From: an uncultured Dehalococcoidaceae bacterium
GTDB taxonomy: Bacteria; Chloroflexota; Dehalococcoidia; Dehalococcoidales; RBG-16-60-22
Length of the DNA: 57,745 nt
NCBI GenBank assembly: GCA_964545815.1
Contig: CAZJGR010000003.1
Location: 1 to 57,745, forward strand
Reading direction: 5' to 3'
A program made the translations under genes and the position numbers. The notes beneath the pieces are model-generated. The model searched no databases, was not told where the DNA came from, and saw only the letters and a program-made list of their open reading frames with translations. Of the stretch, positions 9,503-17,178 are shown piece by piece (the first letter of the stretch is position 1; each line of letters starts with the position of its first letter).

Positions 9503-10042
9503 ATGCTGGGCACCAAGGTCAGACTGCGTGGGAAGAAACTAACCGACGCCCGCAACGATTACCGGTGGCAGACTAACCCGGAGCTGGTCCAACTTGACGC
9601 CATGCCCCCGCTGAATGTCAGTTTCCCCCGGTATCTGCTGGACTACGTGGCGGTGCTGCGCGACCCTTCCCCGAAGCGCCGGACCTTCGCCATAGAGACC
9701 CTTGACGGCAGGCACATCGGAAACTGCGTGTATTACAACATTGACCAGGTAAAGGGGGAGGTGGAGCTGGGGGTTATGATTGGCGACCGTAAATACTGGG
9801 ACCGGGGCTATGGCACTGACGCCGTGGCCACGCTTGTGGCTTATATATTCCGGGAGACCGGTCTCCAGCGTGTCCACCTCAAGACTCTGGACTGGAACGA
9901 GCGGGCACAGCGGTGCTTCCTCAAATGCGGCTTCACCCCCTGCGCGGAACTGGTGAAGAACGGGCATCATTTTGTGCTCATGGAGATGAAGAGAGATTGT
10001 TGGCCGAAAGGACAGGAGCAGATTAAGGGGGCCGGATTTTGA
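9503..10042 (+). CDS. GNAT family N-acetyltransferase (RimJ/RimL-like)
   Basis: 179 aa. ..LGVMIGDRKYWDRGYGTDAVATLVAYIFRETGLQRVHLKTLDWNERAQRCFLKCGF.. is the GNAT motif A/B region. Confidence 0.8.
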   Translation: MLGTKVRLRGKKLTDARNDYRWQTNPELVQLDAMPPLNVSFPRYLLDYVAVLRDPSPKRRTFAIETLDGRHIGNCVYYNIDQVKGEVELGVMIGDRKYWDRGYGTDAVATLVAYIFRETGLQRVHLKTLDWNERAQRCFLKCGFTPCAELVKNGHHFVLMEMKRDCWPKGQEQIKGAGF

Positions 10043-11076
10043 AAACGATTTATACTTCGCCGATAGACTGGCTGGGCGACCGTGTGTGCATCCTTGACCA
10101 GAGCCGACTGCCCGGCGCAGAGATATATCTGGAGCTGGGAGACTACCGGGAGGTTGCTTCAGCCATCGCAGAATTGAAAATAAGGGGTGCCCCGGCCATC
10201 GGAATAGCTGGAGCTTATGGAATCGCCCTGGGGGCGTTGAAAATTGAATCTGAGAAAGAGGGCGAATTTCGGAGAAAGCTGGCTCAGGTGATAGCCACCA
10301 TCGCCGCCACCCGCCCCACCGCACGCAATCTCTTCTGGGCCATTCAGCGCCTGCGGAAAGTGGCTGAGGCTGGCGATGATGTAAGCAGGCTAAAATCGGC
10401 GCTGGTTGACGAGGCGGTGAAAATACATGCCGAAGAGGCCGAGGCGACGCGGAAGCTGAGCCAGTTCGGGGCTGAGCTCATCCGGGATGGGGATACCGTT
10501 CTGGTGCACTGCAATGCCGGCCCGCTGGCCACCGCCGGGTACGGCACGGCGCTGGGCATAATTTTATTGGCCAGAGAGCAGGGGAAAAAGACTAAAGTGA
10601 TAGCTACCGAGACGCGCCCCGTGCTGCAGGGGGCAAGGCTTACCGCCTGGGAGCTCAGGAAAGCCGGCGTTCCGGTAACTCTCATTGCCGACTCTGCGGC
10701 GGGCTATTTTATGAAGCGGGGTGAAATCGACTGTGTTATCGTTGGGGCTGACCGCATTGCCGTCAACGGGGACACGGCCAACAAAATCGGCACCTATACC
10801 CTGGCGGTGCTGGCGAAGGAAAACAGCGTTCCGTTTTACGTTGCCGCCCCCACCTCCACCATAGACCCCACCCTCGCCTCCGGGGGGGAAATCCCCATTG
10901 AGCAGAGAAAGCCAGAGGAGATAACTCATATTCAGGGCCTGCGCATTGCGCCGGAAGGCGTTGCGGTTCTGAATCCCGCCTTTGACGTTACTCCCCATAA
11001 ATACATCACCGCCATCATCACCGAGAGGGGTATAATAAAAGAGCCGTATGGGGAGGGGATAAAGAGGATAATCTAA
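10039..11076 (+). CDS. mtnA: S-methyl-5-thioribose-1-phosphate isomerase (eIF-2B alpha/beta/delta family)
   Basis: 345 aa. ..ILDQSRLP..E...IRGAPAIGIAGAYG..TRPTARNLFWA..HCNAG.LAT.GYGTALG...ETRP.LQGARLTAWEL..GADRIA.NGDTANKIGTY is a full-length MtnA pattern. The TTG start overlaps the GNAT stop. Confidence 0.9.
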   Translation: MKTIYTSPIDWLGDRVCILDQSRLPGAEIYLELGDYREVASAIAELKIRGAPAIGIAGAYGIALGALKIESEKEGEFRRKLAQVIATIAATRPTARNLFWAIQRLRKVAEAGDDVSRLKSALVDEAVKIHAEEAEATRKLSQFGAELIRDGDTVLVHCNAGPLATAGYGTALGIILLAREQGKKTKVIATETRPVLQGARLTAWELRKAGVPVTLIADSAAGYFMKRGEIDCVIVGADRIAVNGDTANKIGTYTLAVLAKENSVPFYVAAPTSTIDPTLASGGEIPIEQRKPEEITHIQGLRIAPEGVAVLNPAFDVTPHKYITAIITERGIIKEPYGEGIKRII

Positions 11077-12896
11077 TGGCTACTGGAGAAATCGTCTTAG
11101 CGACTGATGGTGAAATAGCAATCAAAGTAGGCCCTTGGGCTAGGGAAAAAATACTTTATATAAGAAACCTTTGTGAGATATTTAACACTGGAATGAAAAA
11201 TAGATGGCCGGTGAGAACTTATATAGACTTATTTGCAGGTCCAGGAGTTTGTGTTATTGAGAGAAAAAAAGAAGGAAAAACGGGAGAGGAGATTTTGGGG
11301 TCACCCTTGGTAGCCTTAAGTTGTAAGACACCTTTTACACATTACTTTTTCAATGATGTTAGACAGGAATTCATTAATGCACTGAGAGTTAGAGCAACTT
11401 CTTACGGATTTCCTAATTTGGAATACTATACTCAGGATTGTAATTCAATAATAGATAACCTTTTACTGAAGTTACCACGTAATTCACTTGATTTTTGTTT
11501 TATTGACCCGCTTAATTGGGAAATCAAGTTTGAAACTATTCGTAGACTTACCAAGAATCGGAAAATGGATCTCGCTATTACTTTCCATATAGGTAATATA
11601 AAGAGGTCCGCTGCAAATCCAACTCAGGAATTAATTGATTTTTTCCCTGATTCTAGTTGGCATCAGGAATATTTAAATGCTAGGGAGGGGGGTAAACCTA
11701 CTGGGCGCTTATTACTAGATGCTTATGAACAAGGTTTGAGGGATATAGGGTATAGCTTTATAAGAGATGGTGTACTCGAAAAAAATAATAGAAATGTTCC
11801 GATTTATCATCTTATATTTGCTAGTAGACACCCTAGGGGATCAGACTTTTGGGATAAAGTAACCGAGCGGCAGGCAACAGGTCAGATAAGAATGTCTATT
11901 CCTGTCGGCGGAGTAATTTGTCAGCCAGCCAAAAGTAAGTCTAACTCAACAATTGTGAAAAGCATATATTTAATGTTGAACGGTAATAGAAGCTCAATAG
12001 TTCAGCAAGTTGGAGACGGTTCAATAATTACCCGTTTTGATAGAACCCCTCTTCCCACTAAAGATACTGATATAGTATGTCCCCATTTTCTTGAGCTGAA
12101 ATGGGCATATGGGTGTCCTTTTGACTGTGCTTGGTGCTATCTAAAGGGGACTTTCAGATTTCACCCAACTAAAACAAAGCCAGTATTTAAAGATTTAAGT
12201 AAAATAGAATTACACACCAGAGCGTTTCTTGAAGAAGTGGAAAAGCCTGAAATCCTAAACACAGGGGAGATAGCAGACTCCTTAATGGGAGAAAGCTTGA
12301 ACACTCCATTTTCTAAATTCATTATTCCTATGTTTGAAAAACAAAATAAGCATAAAGTTCTGTTTTTAACAAAATCCGATAATATAAAAAACCTATTAGA
12401 AATAAGTCCGCATAATCAAGTTATTGTGAGCTTTAGTCTTAACGCTAACGAGGTGGCGAAGAAATGGGAAAGCGGCGCTCCTTCTGTGGATAGGAGAATT
12501 GAGGCTAGTAGAAAGCTTAATGAAGCTGGTTATGAAGTGAGGGTGAGAATTGACCCAATGGTGCCAGTTCCAGAGTGGGAGAAACTCTATTTGGAGCTTG
12601 CGGAAAAGATATTTTCTAGCTTTGTTCCTTCTAGGATTACTCTGGGTTCACTCAGAGGATTACAAACTACCATTAATGGCAGCACAGATAAGAGTTGGCT
12701 GCAGTATTTAAAGGAGAATTCCAATTGGGGAAAGAAGATAGATTTCAGTATCCGTCGCAATATGTATGCCACTCTTATTAGCTTCCTAAAGGAAAATTAT
12801 AATTATACTGACATCGGACTTTGTAAAGAAACAGTGGAGATGTGGAGAAGTCTTGGTATGGATTATAGAAAGATTAAATGTAATTGTATCTGGTAA
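11076..12896 (+). CDS. fusion protein: N-terminal TcmP-like (three-Cys-motif partner, methyltransferase-fold) domain plus C-terminal SplB/COG1533-like radical-SAM domain
   Basis: 606-aa ORF of markedly low GC.
N-terminal domain (aa 1 to about 265):
- GPWAREKILYI.. N-terminus
- DLFAGPG (aa 51-57, SAM motif-I-like)
- FIDPLNW (aa 142-148, degenerate DPPY/RlmJ-like motif IV)
- HLIFASRHPRG
Together these match my memory of the 'three-Cys-motif partner protein TcmP' family.
C-terminal domain (aa about 336-606):
- YGCPFDCAWCYLKG, i.e. CX3CX2C at C347/C351/C354 (nt 12114-12137)
- LFLTKS, VSFSL, E.GAPS...R..A...L.EAGYEV.VRIDPMVP, which is the pattern of SplB-like 'DNA photolyase' radical-SAM proteins
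The ATG overlaps the mtnA stop by 1 nt. Confidence 0.85.
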   Translation: MATGEIVLATDGEIAIKVGPWAREKILYIRNLCEIFNTGMKNRWPVRTYIDLFAGPGVCVIERKKEGKTGEEILGSPLVALSCKTPFTHYFFNDVRQEFINALRVRATSYGFPNLEYYTQDCNSIIDNLLLKLPRNSLDFCFIDPLNWEIKFETIRRLTKNRKMDLAITFHIGNIKRSAANPTQELIDFFPDSSWHQEYLNAREGGKPTGRLLLDAYEQGLRDIGYSFIRDGVLEKNNRNVPIYHLIFASRHPRGSDFWDKVTERQATGQIRMSIPVGGVICQPAKSKSNSTIVKSIYLMLNGNRSSIVQQVGDGSIITRFDRTPLPTKDTDIVCPHFLELKWAYGCPFDCAWCYLKGTFRFHPTKTKPVFKDLSKIELHTRAFLEEVEKPEILNTGEIADSLMGESLNTPFSKFIIPMFEKQNKHKVLFLTKSDNIKNLLEISPHNQVIVSFSLNANEVAKKWESGAPSVDRRIEASRKLNEAGYEVRVRIDPMVPVPEWEKLYLELAEKIFSSFVPSRITLGSLRGLQTTINGSTDKSWLQYLKENSNWGKKIDFSIRRNMYATLISFLKENYNYTDIGLCKETVEMWRSLGMDYRKIKCNCIW

Positions 12897-12907
12897 GGAG
12901 GTCTCTC

Positions 12908-13777
12908 ATGCCACAGGCGAAGATAGCGGTTATCGGCGGGAGCGGGCTGTATGATATCGAGGGGATGAAAGACGTTGAGGAAGTTGACATAAACACGCCC
13001 TTTGGCAGGCCGAGTGATAAAATCGTGGTGGGGAAGCTGGAGGGGGTGGGGGTCGCCTTCCTGCCCCGGCACGGGCGGGGGCACCGCCTCCTGCCCACCG
13101 AGGTACCCTATCGGGCCAATATCTACGCCCTGAAGTCGCTGGGGGTGGAGAGGCTCATCGGCATAAACTCGGTGGGGAGCCTGAAAGAGGAGTTCCAGCC
13201 CAACGACCTTTTGATTCCTGACCAGCTTATCGACCGCACCAGGGGGAGAACCAGCACCTTTTTCGGCGAGGGCATCGTCGCCCATGTCCCCTTCGGCGAG
13301 CCGTTCTGCCCGTCTTTGAGCCAGCTGGTCTATCAGGCGGCCAAGGATGCCGGCGCCACCGCGCACCGGGGCGGCACCTATGTGGTCATGGAGGGGCCGG
13401 CCTTCTCCACCAAGGCGGAGTCCTTACTTTACCGTTCCTGGGGGGCGGACGTCATCGGCATGACGGCGCTGCCCGAGGCCAAGCTGGCGAGAGAGGCCGA
13501 GATATGCTACGCTATTATTGCCTGCGTCACCGATTACGACTGCTGGCGCCGGGGCCATGACGCTGTTACCGCCGAGATGATTATCAGTCGCCTGCGCCAG
13601 AACATTGAGGCCGCCAAGCGAATCATCAAGCTGGTGGTGCCTAAGGTTCCGCGGAAACGCGATTGCGACTGTGCCACGGCGTTGAGCACGGCGCTGGTGA
13701 CCGCTCCCGATGTTATGCCTGAAGCGCAGAAGAAAAAGCTCGACCTGTTAATTGGCAGGTACCTGAGAAAGGGTTAA
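12908..13777 (+). CDS. mtnP: S-methyl-5'-thioadenosine phosphorylase
   Basis: MPQAKIAVIGGSGLY...TPFG.PS......G..VAFLPRHGRGHR..P.EV.YRANI.ALK.LGV...I..N.VGSL......P.D..IPDQ.IDRT is a classical MTAP. I prefer the ATG at 12908 (AAGGAGG RBS at 12894-12900) over the track start at 12884, which lies inside the preceding gene. Confidence 0.92.
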   Translation: MPQAKIAVIGGSGLYDIEGMKDVEEVDINTPFGRPSDKIVVGKLEGVGVAFLPRHGRGHRLLPTEVPYRANIYALKSLGVERLIGINSVGSLKEEFQPNDLLIPDQLIDRTRGRTSTFFGEGIVAHVPFGEPFCPSLSQLVYQAAKDAGATAHRGGTYVVMEGPAFSTKAESLLYRSWGADVIGMTALPEAKLAREAEICYAIIACVTDYDCWRRGHDAVTAEMIISRLRQNIEAAKRIIKLVVPKVPRKRDCDCATALSTALVTAPDVMPEAQKKKLDLLIGRYLRKG

Positions 13778-13781
13778 CCAT

Positions 13782-14816
13782 ATGTCTGGAGTGGAGTTCA
13801 ACTGTTGGCCCACGGTTATCGGCAGCATGCCCCATACCGACCCTGCCGTGGCCTGCTCGCAGATTGCGCATTACCTCAAGGATATTCCTGCCTGGCCGCA
13901 GCTGCCCCGGCGCTCTTTCCTGGAAAACATGTATGTCCAGTACAGCCAGGGGTTCCCCGGGGTGGTGGTCAACGAAGCTGAGAAAAAAATCAACGTGAAT
14001 CGTCATCAGGACCTGACCCAACCTCTGGAGCAGCTCTACTCGGCTTTTCTGGGAAATAAGGTGGATGAACTTGCCATCAGTGTGGACTATGCCGCCGGCC
14101 TGTACCGATTTTTGGCGCTGGATAACCTGTCGCCGAGGGCGGTAAAAGGGCACGTCACCGGACCGGTAACCTGGGGGCTTACCGTGGTCGATGAGGAGGG
14201 CAAGGGTGTCCTCTACGATGACACTCTGGGCGATGCTGTGCCCAAGCTGCTGCAGCTGAAAGCGGCCTGGCAGGAGAGAGAGCTGAAGAAGTTGTGCCGC
14301 CGCACCATCATCTTCGTCGATGAGCCTTATATGTCGGCCTTCGGCTCGGTCTCCGTGATGCTTTCCCGGGAGAAGGTGGTCAGCCTGCTGAACGAGGTAT
14401 TCGGCGGCATTGAGGGGCTCAAGGGCGTCCACTGCTGCGGCAACACCGACTGGTCGGTGATACTGGGCAGCAACGTCGATATCATCAGCTTTGACGCTTA
14501 TAACTATGCCCGGTCCCTGAGCCTGTACCCCGAAGCGGTGAAGAAGTTCCTTGACCGGGGTGGCACCGTTGCCTGGGGGATTGTCCCCAATGAGGCCGGA
14601 GCCCTGAACCGTGAATCCGCGGCCAGCCTCAAGGACCGACTTGGAGAAGCGATGGCGCCCTTTACCCGAAAAGGTGTCCCTTTCCGGCAGTTGGTAGCGC
14701 AGGGGCTGCTGACGCCGAGCTGTGGGCTGGCTTCTCTCGCTACAGAGGAGGCGGCAGCGAGCGCTCTGGGACTGCTCACCGGGCTATCGGACCAAATCAG
14801 AAAACGATATGTATAA
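13782..14816 (+). CDS. MetE-like (cobalamin-independent methionine synthase C-terminal-domain family) methyltransferase, short 'core-MetE'-type
   Basis: 344 aa. PTVIGSMPHTD (compare the MetE TTIGSFPQT motif), GVHCCGN (the H-x-C zinc ligands) and TPSCGLASL (the MetE PDCGLK Cys ligand). The length corresponds to a single MetE catalytic barrel. Confidence 0.75.
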   Translation: MSGVEFNCWPTVIGSMPHTDPAVACSQIAHYLKDIPAWPQLPRRSFLENMYVQYSQGFPGVVVNEAEKKINVNRHQDLTQPLEQLYSAFLGNKVDELAISVDYAAGLYRFLALDNLSPRAVKGHVTGPVTWGLTVVDEEGKGVLYDDTLGDAVPKLLQLKAAWQERELKKLCRRTIIFVDEPYMSAFGSVSVMLSREKVVSLLNEVFGGIEGLKGVHCCGNTDWSVILGSNVDIISFDAYNYARSLSLYPEAVKKFLDRGGTVAWGIVPNEAGALNRESAASLKDRLGEAMAPFTRKGVPFRQLVAQGLLTPSCGLASLATEEAAASALGLLTGLSDQIRKRYV

Positions 14817-14855
14817 CTGAGGGGGAAAAAGCGGATAAAGGATGTACCGCAGACC

Positions 14856-14954
14856 ATGAATAAGACGAAACGAGTTGCCGCGCTGAAACACCGGCGCAAA
14901 ACGAAAAAGCTGAAGGAAAAACTCCAGGCGGAACTGCGGGAAAAGAAGAAATAG
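14856..14954 (+). CDS. possible very small, highly basic protein (32 aa)
   Basis: Hand-translated: MNKTKRVAALKHRRKTKKLKEKLQAELREKKK*. It fills the 14817-14998 gap between metE-like and the NTPase gene. No good RBS (AAAGGA lies about 14 nt upstream), and it is below the ORF-track length cut-off. Weak call. Confidence 0.2.
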   Translation: MNKTKRVAALKHRRKTKKLKEKLQAELREKKK

Positions 14955-14998
14955 TTCCCTGGTGAACTTATTCAGCGGGTGCTGGGCCATTGCCACCG

Positions 14999-15517
14999 AT
15001 GAAGACAGTGTGCCTGTTAACGGGCCGGCCGGGGACCGGCAAGACCAGCCTGATAAAGCAGGCCGTGGCCGAATTAAAGGGAAGGGCCGGCGGCTTCTAT
15101 ACTGAGGAGATACGCGGCCAGGGCTTGAGGCTCGGCTTTAAGCTGGTCACTCTGGATGGCCAGGAGACGGTGCTGGCTCATGTTGGCTTTCCTGGCCGGT
15201 ACCGGGTGGGGAAATACGGCGTTGCTGTTGAGAGCCTGGACCGGGTGGGGGTTCCGGCGCTGGCGGCGGCAATCAGACAGCGTGATGTCATCGTCATCGA
15301 TGAAATAGGCAAAATGGAGCTGTTTTCCAATCGCTTCCGGGAGGTCGTTCTGGAAGCGGTTCGCAGCGGCAAGCCGGTGCTCGGCACCATCATGCTGCCT
15401 CCGCATCCATGGGCCGATGATATTAAATGCCAGCCGCAGGTCAAACTGGTTGAAGTCACCCGAGCCAATTACATTGGCGTGCTGGCGGAGATAAAAGACT
15501 GGTTGGGGATGAAATAA
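14999..15517 (+). CDS. nucleoside-triphosphatase, THEP1/COG1618 family
   Basis: MKTVCLLTGRPGTGKTSLI (Walker A) ... VIVIDEIGKMEL (Walker B). About 170 aa, as in archaeal/Aquifex THEP1 NTPases. Confidence 0.8.
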   Translation: MKTVCLLTGRPGTGKTSLIKQAVAELKGRAGGFYTEEIRGQGLRLGFKLVTLDGQETVLAHVGFPGRYRVGKYGVAVESLDRVGVPALAAAIRQRDVIVIDEIGKMELFSNRFREVVLEAVRSGKPVLGTIMLPPHPWADDIKCQPQVKLVEVTRANYIGVLAEIKDWLGMK

Positions 15518-15520
15518 GCC

Positions 15521-16540
15521 ATGACACCGTTTCCGGAGTTAGTTCAGGCACTGCTTGACCCGAAAGCCTATTCGCATTCGCCGCCGTGGGTGGAACTGGC
15601 CCAGACCCAGATGTCGTTCGTTTTTCTGGCCGGCGACCTTGTTTACAAGGTGAAGAAGCCGGTGAACCTGGGCTATCTGGACTATACGACTCTGGAAAAG
15701 CGCCATTTTTTCTGCCAGAGAGAAGTCGAACTGAATCGACGGCTCTGTGCTGACGTTTATCTGGGCGTGGTTGCCATCACCGAACAGGGCGGAAAAATAA
15801 CCCTAGATGGGCGCGGCCAGCCTGTGGAGTATGCCGTCAAGATGCGCCGTCTCCCCCAGGAGGCGATGATGGATGCCAAACTCGTTCGGGGTGAAGTCAC
15901 GCCGGAGATGCTGGCCGCCGTGGCCGAAAAGCTAGCCGAATTCCACGGGAAAGCGGAAACCAGCGCCGCCATCAGTGCCTTTGGCGACCTGGACACCATC
16001 CGACAGAATACCGCCGAAAATTTTCGCCAGACTGAGAAATACGTCGGCACCACCATTTCCCCGGAGAGATACCGGCGTATTAAAGCCTACACCGAGGATT
16101 TCCTGTTGCCGAAGGCCCCGCTTTTTCGCCGCCGCATTCGCGCGGGCAGGATTCGAGACTGCCATGGCGACCTCCATGCTGCGCACATCTGCTTCTGGAA
16201 AGGAATCTGCATTTACGACTGCATTGAGTTCAATGACCGCTTTCGCTATGGCGATGTTGCCTCGGAGGTGGCCTTCCTGGCTATGGACCTGGACCATTAC
16301 GGTCGGGCTGACCTGTCGCGCCACTTTGTCAACGCCTATGTGTCAGCGAGCAAAGATGCGGAATTAATCGAACTGCTCAATTTCTATAAATGTTACCGGG
16401 CGTATGTCCGGGGGAAGGTGGCCAGTTTCCAGTTCGATGACCCCCATATCTCAAAGGCGGAGAAGAAAAGGATTCTGGCTGTCGCCCGGGACTATTTCGA
16501 ACTTGCCAGTTCGTATACCATACAGAGTGCGCCGGAATAA
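15521..16540 (+). CDS. aminoglycoside-phosphotransferase-like kinase-fold protein (N-terminal half of COG2187-type bifunctional proteins)
   Basis: ..TQMSFVFLAGDLVYKVKKPVNLGYLDYTTLEKRHFFCQREVELNRRLCADVYLGVV... and ..DCHGDLHAAHICF.. (APH-type HGD catalytic loop). This is the pattern of 'bifunctional aminoglycoside phosphotransferase/ATP-binding protein'. Confidence 0.8.
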   Translation: MTPFPELVQALLDPKAYSHSPPWVELAQTQMSFVFLAGDLVYKVKKPVNLGYLDYTTLEKRHFFCQREVELNRRLCADVYLGVVAITEQGGKITLDGRGQPVEYAVKMRRLPQEAMMDAKLVRGEVTPEMLAAVAEKLAEFHGKAETSAAISAFGDLDTIRQNTAENFRQTEKYVGTTISPERYRRIKAYTEDFLLPKAPLFRRRIRAGRIRDCHGDLHAAHICFWKGICIYDCIEFNDRFRYGDVASEVAFLAMDLDHYGRADLSRHFVNAYVSASKDAELIELLNFYKCYRAYVRGKVASFQFDDPHISKAEKKRILAVARDYFELASSYTIQSAPE

Positions 16541-16566
16541 ACTGGATTAAAGGAGGAGGTGGTGAA

Positions 16567-17172
16567 TTGAGAAAACCGTTTCGGCAGTTTATCGAGACCG
16601 AGCTGGGCTCAGGTTTTGTGCTTATCGCCTGTGGTCTTCCCGGCACCTGGAAAACAGAGACGACCGAAGAAATAGCCAGGGTTACCGGCTATCCTCTGTT
16701 GCGGACTGACCTGATTCGACTGGAGCTGCTCAAAAATGAGGATGTTTTTGACGAAAAAGTGGCGGCCAATATGGCTAAGCGGACGGCGGTCTATGATGAG
16801 ATGTTCCGACGGGCAGGGGAAATTTTAGCTAATAAAGGCGGAGGGGTGATACTGGATGCGACCTTCATCGCCCAATCGTTAAGACGGCGTGCTGCGGCCA
16901 TAGCGGCGGAACATAACCTGAAATTCGTTATCCTGCAAACCGACTGTCCACAGGCGGTAGCTATCAGGAGAATACTGGCGCGCACCAGAGGGAATTACGA
17001 ATCAAATGCCCTCACCGAGCAGGCTTACCTCAACAATAAAAAGAAGTTCGAAGCTGTGGACCTGAATGACCTGAAGAGGCTGTATCCGAAACTAGCTATC
17101 ACTCACCTGATAGTTGATACCAGCCAAGACCCGCCCGAAGGCTGGTGCATCACCGGTGTGGAGCAGAGGTAG
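16567..17172 (+). CDS. P-loop ATPase/kinase (AAA_33-like; C-terminal half of COG2187-type proteins)
   Basis: 201 aa with a TTG start. Walker A is CGLPGTWKTETT, and ..GGGVILDATF.. is Walker B-like. It immediately follows the APH-like gene. Confidence 0.75.
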   Translation: MRKPFRQFIETELGSGFVLIACGLPGTWKTETTEEIARVTGYPLLRTDLIRLELLKNEDVFDEKVAANMAKRTAVYDEMFRRAGEILANKGGGVILDATFIAQSLRRRAAAIAAEHNLKFVILQTDCPQAVAIRRILARTRGNYESNALTEQAYLNNKKKFEAVDLNDLKRLYPKLAITHLIVDTSQDPPEGWCITGVEQR

Positions 17173-17178
17173 CCGCGA

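Noticed and set aside
9539-10324. 261-aa reverse-strand ORF across the GNAT/mtnA junction.
   Set aside because: It is a shadow ORF opposite two well-supported forward genes, with a Pro/Arg/Gly-rich composition and no motif.
11076-12896. Interpreting the low-GC segment as an insertion sequence, prophage remnant or integrative element.
   Set aside because: It contains no transposase or integrase, no inverted or direct terminal repeats that I could find at the junctions, and no tRNA target. The segment is exactly one intact ORF in frame-tight contact with both neighbours. I kept it as a horizontally acquired gene, not as a mobile element.
12884-12907. Track start (MYLVRRSL...) for mtnP, and the 167-aa reverse ORF at 12863-13366.
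   Set aside because: The upstream start lies inside the preceding gene and adds a non-homologous extension. The ATG at 12908 has a perfect AAGGAGG RBS and yields the canonical MTAP N-terminus. The reverse ORF is a shadow of mtnP.
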